Of a DNA stretch of 64,000 nt, positions 60,734 through 64,000 are shown piece after piece. Source of the DNA: Mobula birostris (Eukaryota). The stretch's first letter is position 1. The number at the start of each line of letters is the position of its first letter. Position numbers and translations under genes: made by a program. The notes under the pieces are model-generated. The model worked only from the letters and a program-made list of their open reading frames with translations, ran no database searches and was not told where the DNA came from. The DNA is taken from the NCBI RefSeq assembly GCF_030028105.1, contig NC_092378.1:47774400-47838399 (forward strand). The letters run 5' to 3'.

Positions 60734-63416
60734 CTGGAGTTGAGAAGAAAGAGAGAGTTCACTCAAATTTGATGGAGGGCATCAGAAACTTAAACCAAGT
60801 GATCAAAGTCAGGCACAAAACTAATGTTCATCATCTTGAAACCTCAGTTGCTGAGACTGTGATGTGAGGACTAGATCTTTGAGTGGTGGATATGTCTACA
60901 AATGCAGCCCAGCAGTCACTTCATTCTCTAATGACTGCTGAGCTAGCAAGCATACAATTTCATATTTCTTATGTGTTGCCAAGTGGCTCCTTTTGTTATT
61001 AATGCTGCTGTAGGTAACAGGTGTACATTTTGTTGAAGGAAGAGTTCATTAAAGGGATCCAGGTTTTGTGAATTTTCAGTTTTACTTTTTGAATACCAAT
61101 AAACCAGTTAGTGAACTTATCCCAAGCTCCCTATCCACTATTGCCTTGCTCTATTAGGTCAAAATTGCTGGTGGACACCAATAGAGCTCGACTTTGAAGT
61201 TATTTGACTCCAGGTATGTGGTGTTATGTGGTGCCCTTGTGGGCAAGCAATGCTTCCAATGTCTGCAAAGTCTTGTTGTATGGCATCTATTATTACAGCC
61301 CTCTCCTTGTGAGCCCAGGATATTGAACTAACAACTGACCTAGAATACAAATCAAAAAAAACTGCAGCTGCTGGAAATCCGAAATAAAAGCAGAAAATTC
61401 TGGGAATACTCAGCAGGTCAGACAGCATTGGTGAAAAGGGAAGCAGTAAATGTTTTAGGTCAAAGACCTTCTTCAGAACTAGCAGTAAGGAAAAAAAATT
61501 GGTTTTAAGTCGTAGCGAGGGTAGGGAGAGATGGGTGGGACAAAGGGAATATATGTGACAAGGTGAACCAAGGGCTCCTATGGCCATAACCTAGAGTAAG
61601 TTGGTCAATTGATTGATAGGTTAATAAGGGAAGCTGGAGAATGAAATCTATGAACAAAGCAATAGTGCTCTAGGGAATGCTAGATATGTCAGGCTATAAT
61701 AGTGGAAGGAGAAAAACTGAGACAATTTTGCAGAAGGATAACCTACAGTAGACCTGGCCAGGTTTGATACAAAGAAAGGAAGTGAATTATCTGAACTTGT
61801 CGAATTCAATATTGAGTTCAGAAGACTGCTACATATCTAGAGCACTAATGAGGAACTGTTTCTTAAGTAGACTTGGCTTTATTATGAAAGTGCAGCTCAG
61901 ATTGGTCAAATTGAGAATGGTGACAGGTGACGAGATGCTCCATGTTGCCCCTGTGGACTGAATGCAGGAGACCACCCAAAGAGATCACCCAACTTGTGTC
62001 TGTATTCTCCAGTCTAGAGGAGACCACATTGTGAATAGCAAGCGCAATACGTTGGACAGGAGGAAATGGAAATGAAAATGAATTTCTGCTTCACCTGCAA
62101 GCACTGTTTGAGTTCCTAGGTGATGAGAAAGGAGAAGGTGAAGATGTTGCAACTCCTGCAGTTAAAGAGGCAAAGGTAGATGTTTGATGGAAATGTAAGC
62201 ATTTAACAAGAACTTGTTTGCTTGAGGTCCGAGGTATCAAATAAGTATGTGAAGCATACAAAGCAAAGGAGAATATTATCCTAAAAAGTAAGTTATAATG
62301 ACAAAAACAGAAAACCGATGGAAATATTCATCATATCAGGCTGCATCTGTGTTAAGAGAAATGTTGTCAATGTTTCAAGGTGGAGACTCGGTCAGAGCTG
62401 GGAAGGAGACAAAAGAATTTGTAAAGCTGAAGGGACAATGGATGAGGGTGATGTCTCTGAAAGGCTCAAACTGGGATGACCATGGGGATAGGATGGACAA
62501 AGTGTGAATGGAAACAGTTAGAAAGTGAGAACATGGGCACAAAAATTTGGGAATTGTGAAATGCAGAGCAGATGGAGATGCTTGCCAGGTCAGGCTGGGA
62601 ACTCACTCCCAGAGAGAAGAAACAGAGAGGGAAAAAATGCTGAGTTAATATTACGAATGAATGACTGATACAGACAAAAAAAAATTCAAGTTACCTGAAG
62701 CTGTGGAATCCACTATTGAGCACAGAAGGCTGTTGTGTGCCCAGACAGAAAATAATGTTTCTGTATTAGATTTCCAGCATCAGTGGTTTCTTCTACTTTT
62801 CAGCAGCCATGATGGAGTTTGTTCCACATTACAGAAAAATAATGTGCAACCTCTATTGCAAGCTAAAACTTAGAATTAGTTTGCAGAATTATCTTACTTC
62901 CATTCGTTGGAAATTGGTGTCATATTCACTTCAAAGATTACAGAGAGATGCTTGTTTTCTCTTGGAAGTTTTTTTTGATTTGAAAATTGGATTCTCTAAA
63001 GTTACACTACTTCTCACATGGAACTCTTAAACAAGTATGCATTTAGACAGAAAATGGGGTCAGTTTTACTAAGTTATCTGATTGCTGGCCAGCTCACTAC
63101 AGTACCATATACAGATAATCCAGGCCATAAATCCCATGAATGAAAGCGGTTTTAAAATCCTGATGTACCGGGACAAAATTCAAAATCTTTCTCCTGAGAC
63201 AATAAAGCGAGATGGTTGGTTGTAATATTAGATACGTTTTTGATTACAAATTAATTAAAAGCTTGAATGGGCAGAATTTGTCAAATGTGTTTGGGAAAGT
63301 TTTCTCAAATAGGAAAAAAAGATGCAGCAAATGAGGTTGGCAGATAGCAAGGTGTCACAGCACATTGTTCCGGAAGGTCACCGGATTCATCAAGATATCC
63401 AGGTGAGAGCCTGTAA

Positions 63417-63800
63417 ATGCCCGTCATGGATAAACTAAGTCCTCCTACAACTATGCAGTTTACCAGCAATCTAAGTGATAACTGGAAATGCTTCAAACAG
63501 CGACTCAATATATATTTAGCGGTGAGCAGAGCGAGAGGGGCTGAGGAAAAATTGAAAGAGTATATTTTTCTACATGTAATTGGTGAAGATGCTTTGGAAT
63601 CTATAACAGTTTTAAAATTGATGAGAAAACTTTTACATTGGACACTCTAATGACAAAATTTGATGAGTATTTTGTCCCAAGTAAAAACATCACATTTGAA
63701 AGATAGGACCAGAAACAAGGTGTTAGCTTTGACCAATATTTAGCCAAGCTACACACACTGAGTAAGTCCTGTGAATTTGGTGATATGAGAGACTCCCTAG
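63417..63800 (+). mobile_element. Degenerate Ty3/Gypsy gag fragment
   Basis: NLSDNWKCFKQRLNIYL...FLHVIGEDALE, then frameshifted DQKQGVSFDQYLAKLHTLSKSCEFGD. Confidence 0.7.
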
Positions 63801-64000
63801 TTTTGCTTTAAAGACCTAGACCCTCAGACATAGGAGCAGAATTAGGCCATGCAGCCCATCGAGTCTGTTCTACATTCCACCATGACTGATTTATTATCCC
63901 TCTCAATCTCGTTCCACTGATTTTTTCCCATAAACTTTTGGTGCCCTGACTAACCAAGTACGTATCAAACTCTGCTTTAAATATACCCGGTGACCTAGCC

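Noticed and set aside
25068-60766. Recurrent ORFs [20 protein letters not shown].. and antisense VTCTRPSIPSV.. as a repeated peptide family or CRISPR-like array
   Set aside because: They are alternative frames or the antisense strand of the duplicated cbEGF exons. The spacing is kilobases and the DNA is eukaryotic.
61158-61213. Plus-strand exon-like segment (ctattag| ... CAG|gtatgt); a similar one at ~362-453
   Set aside because: Stops in all three frames and no support for an antisense transcript from sequence alone.

Overview
This is repeat-rich vertebrate DNA with three N gaps. The CR1, Penelope-derived, Rex1 and HE1-like SINE content suggests a cartilaginous fish, probably a ray (inference). 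Almost the whole window lies inside one minus-strand gene that the ORF track largely misses because its exons are short. In transcription order (60733 to 955) I read: eight intact, near-identical 123-nt calcium-binding EGF exons (type A); two 126-nt cbEGF exons (type B); one 126-nt cbEGF exon (type C); a divergent CUB-like domain in two exons; a non-calcium EGF exon; and the start of another domain. All exons but the last are symmetric phase 1-1. Dead type-A copies lie between the live ones, giving a birth-and-death exon array. Neither end of the gene was found and I cannot name it. The introns hold a TSD-flanked L1 with a nested Rex1, a near-full-length CR1, RTE, Gypsy, Tigger and Tc1 relics, and SINEs. 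They also hold many Penelope-derived hairpin elements whose combined consensus is a minimal hammerhead ribozyme.
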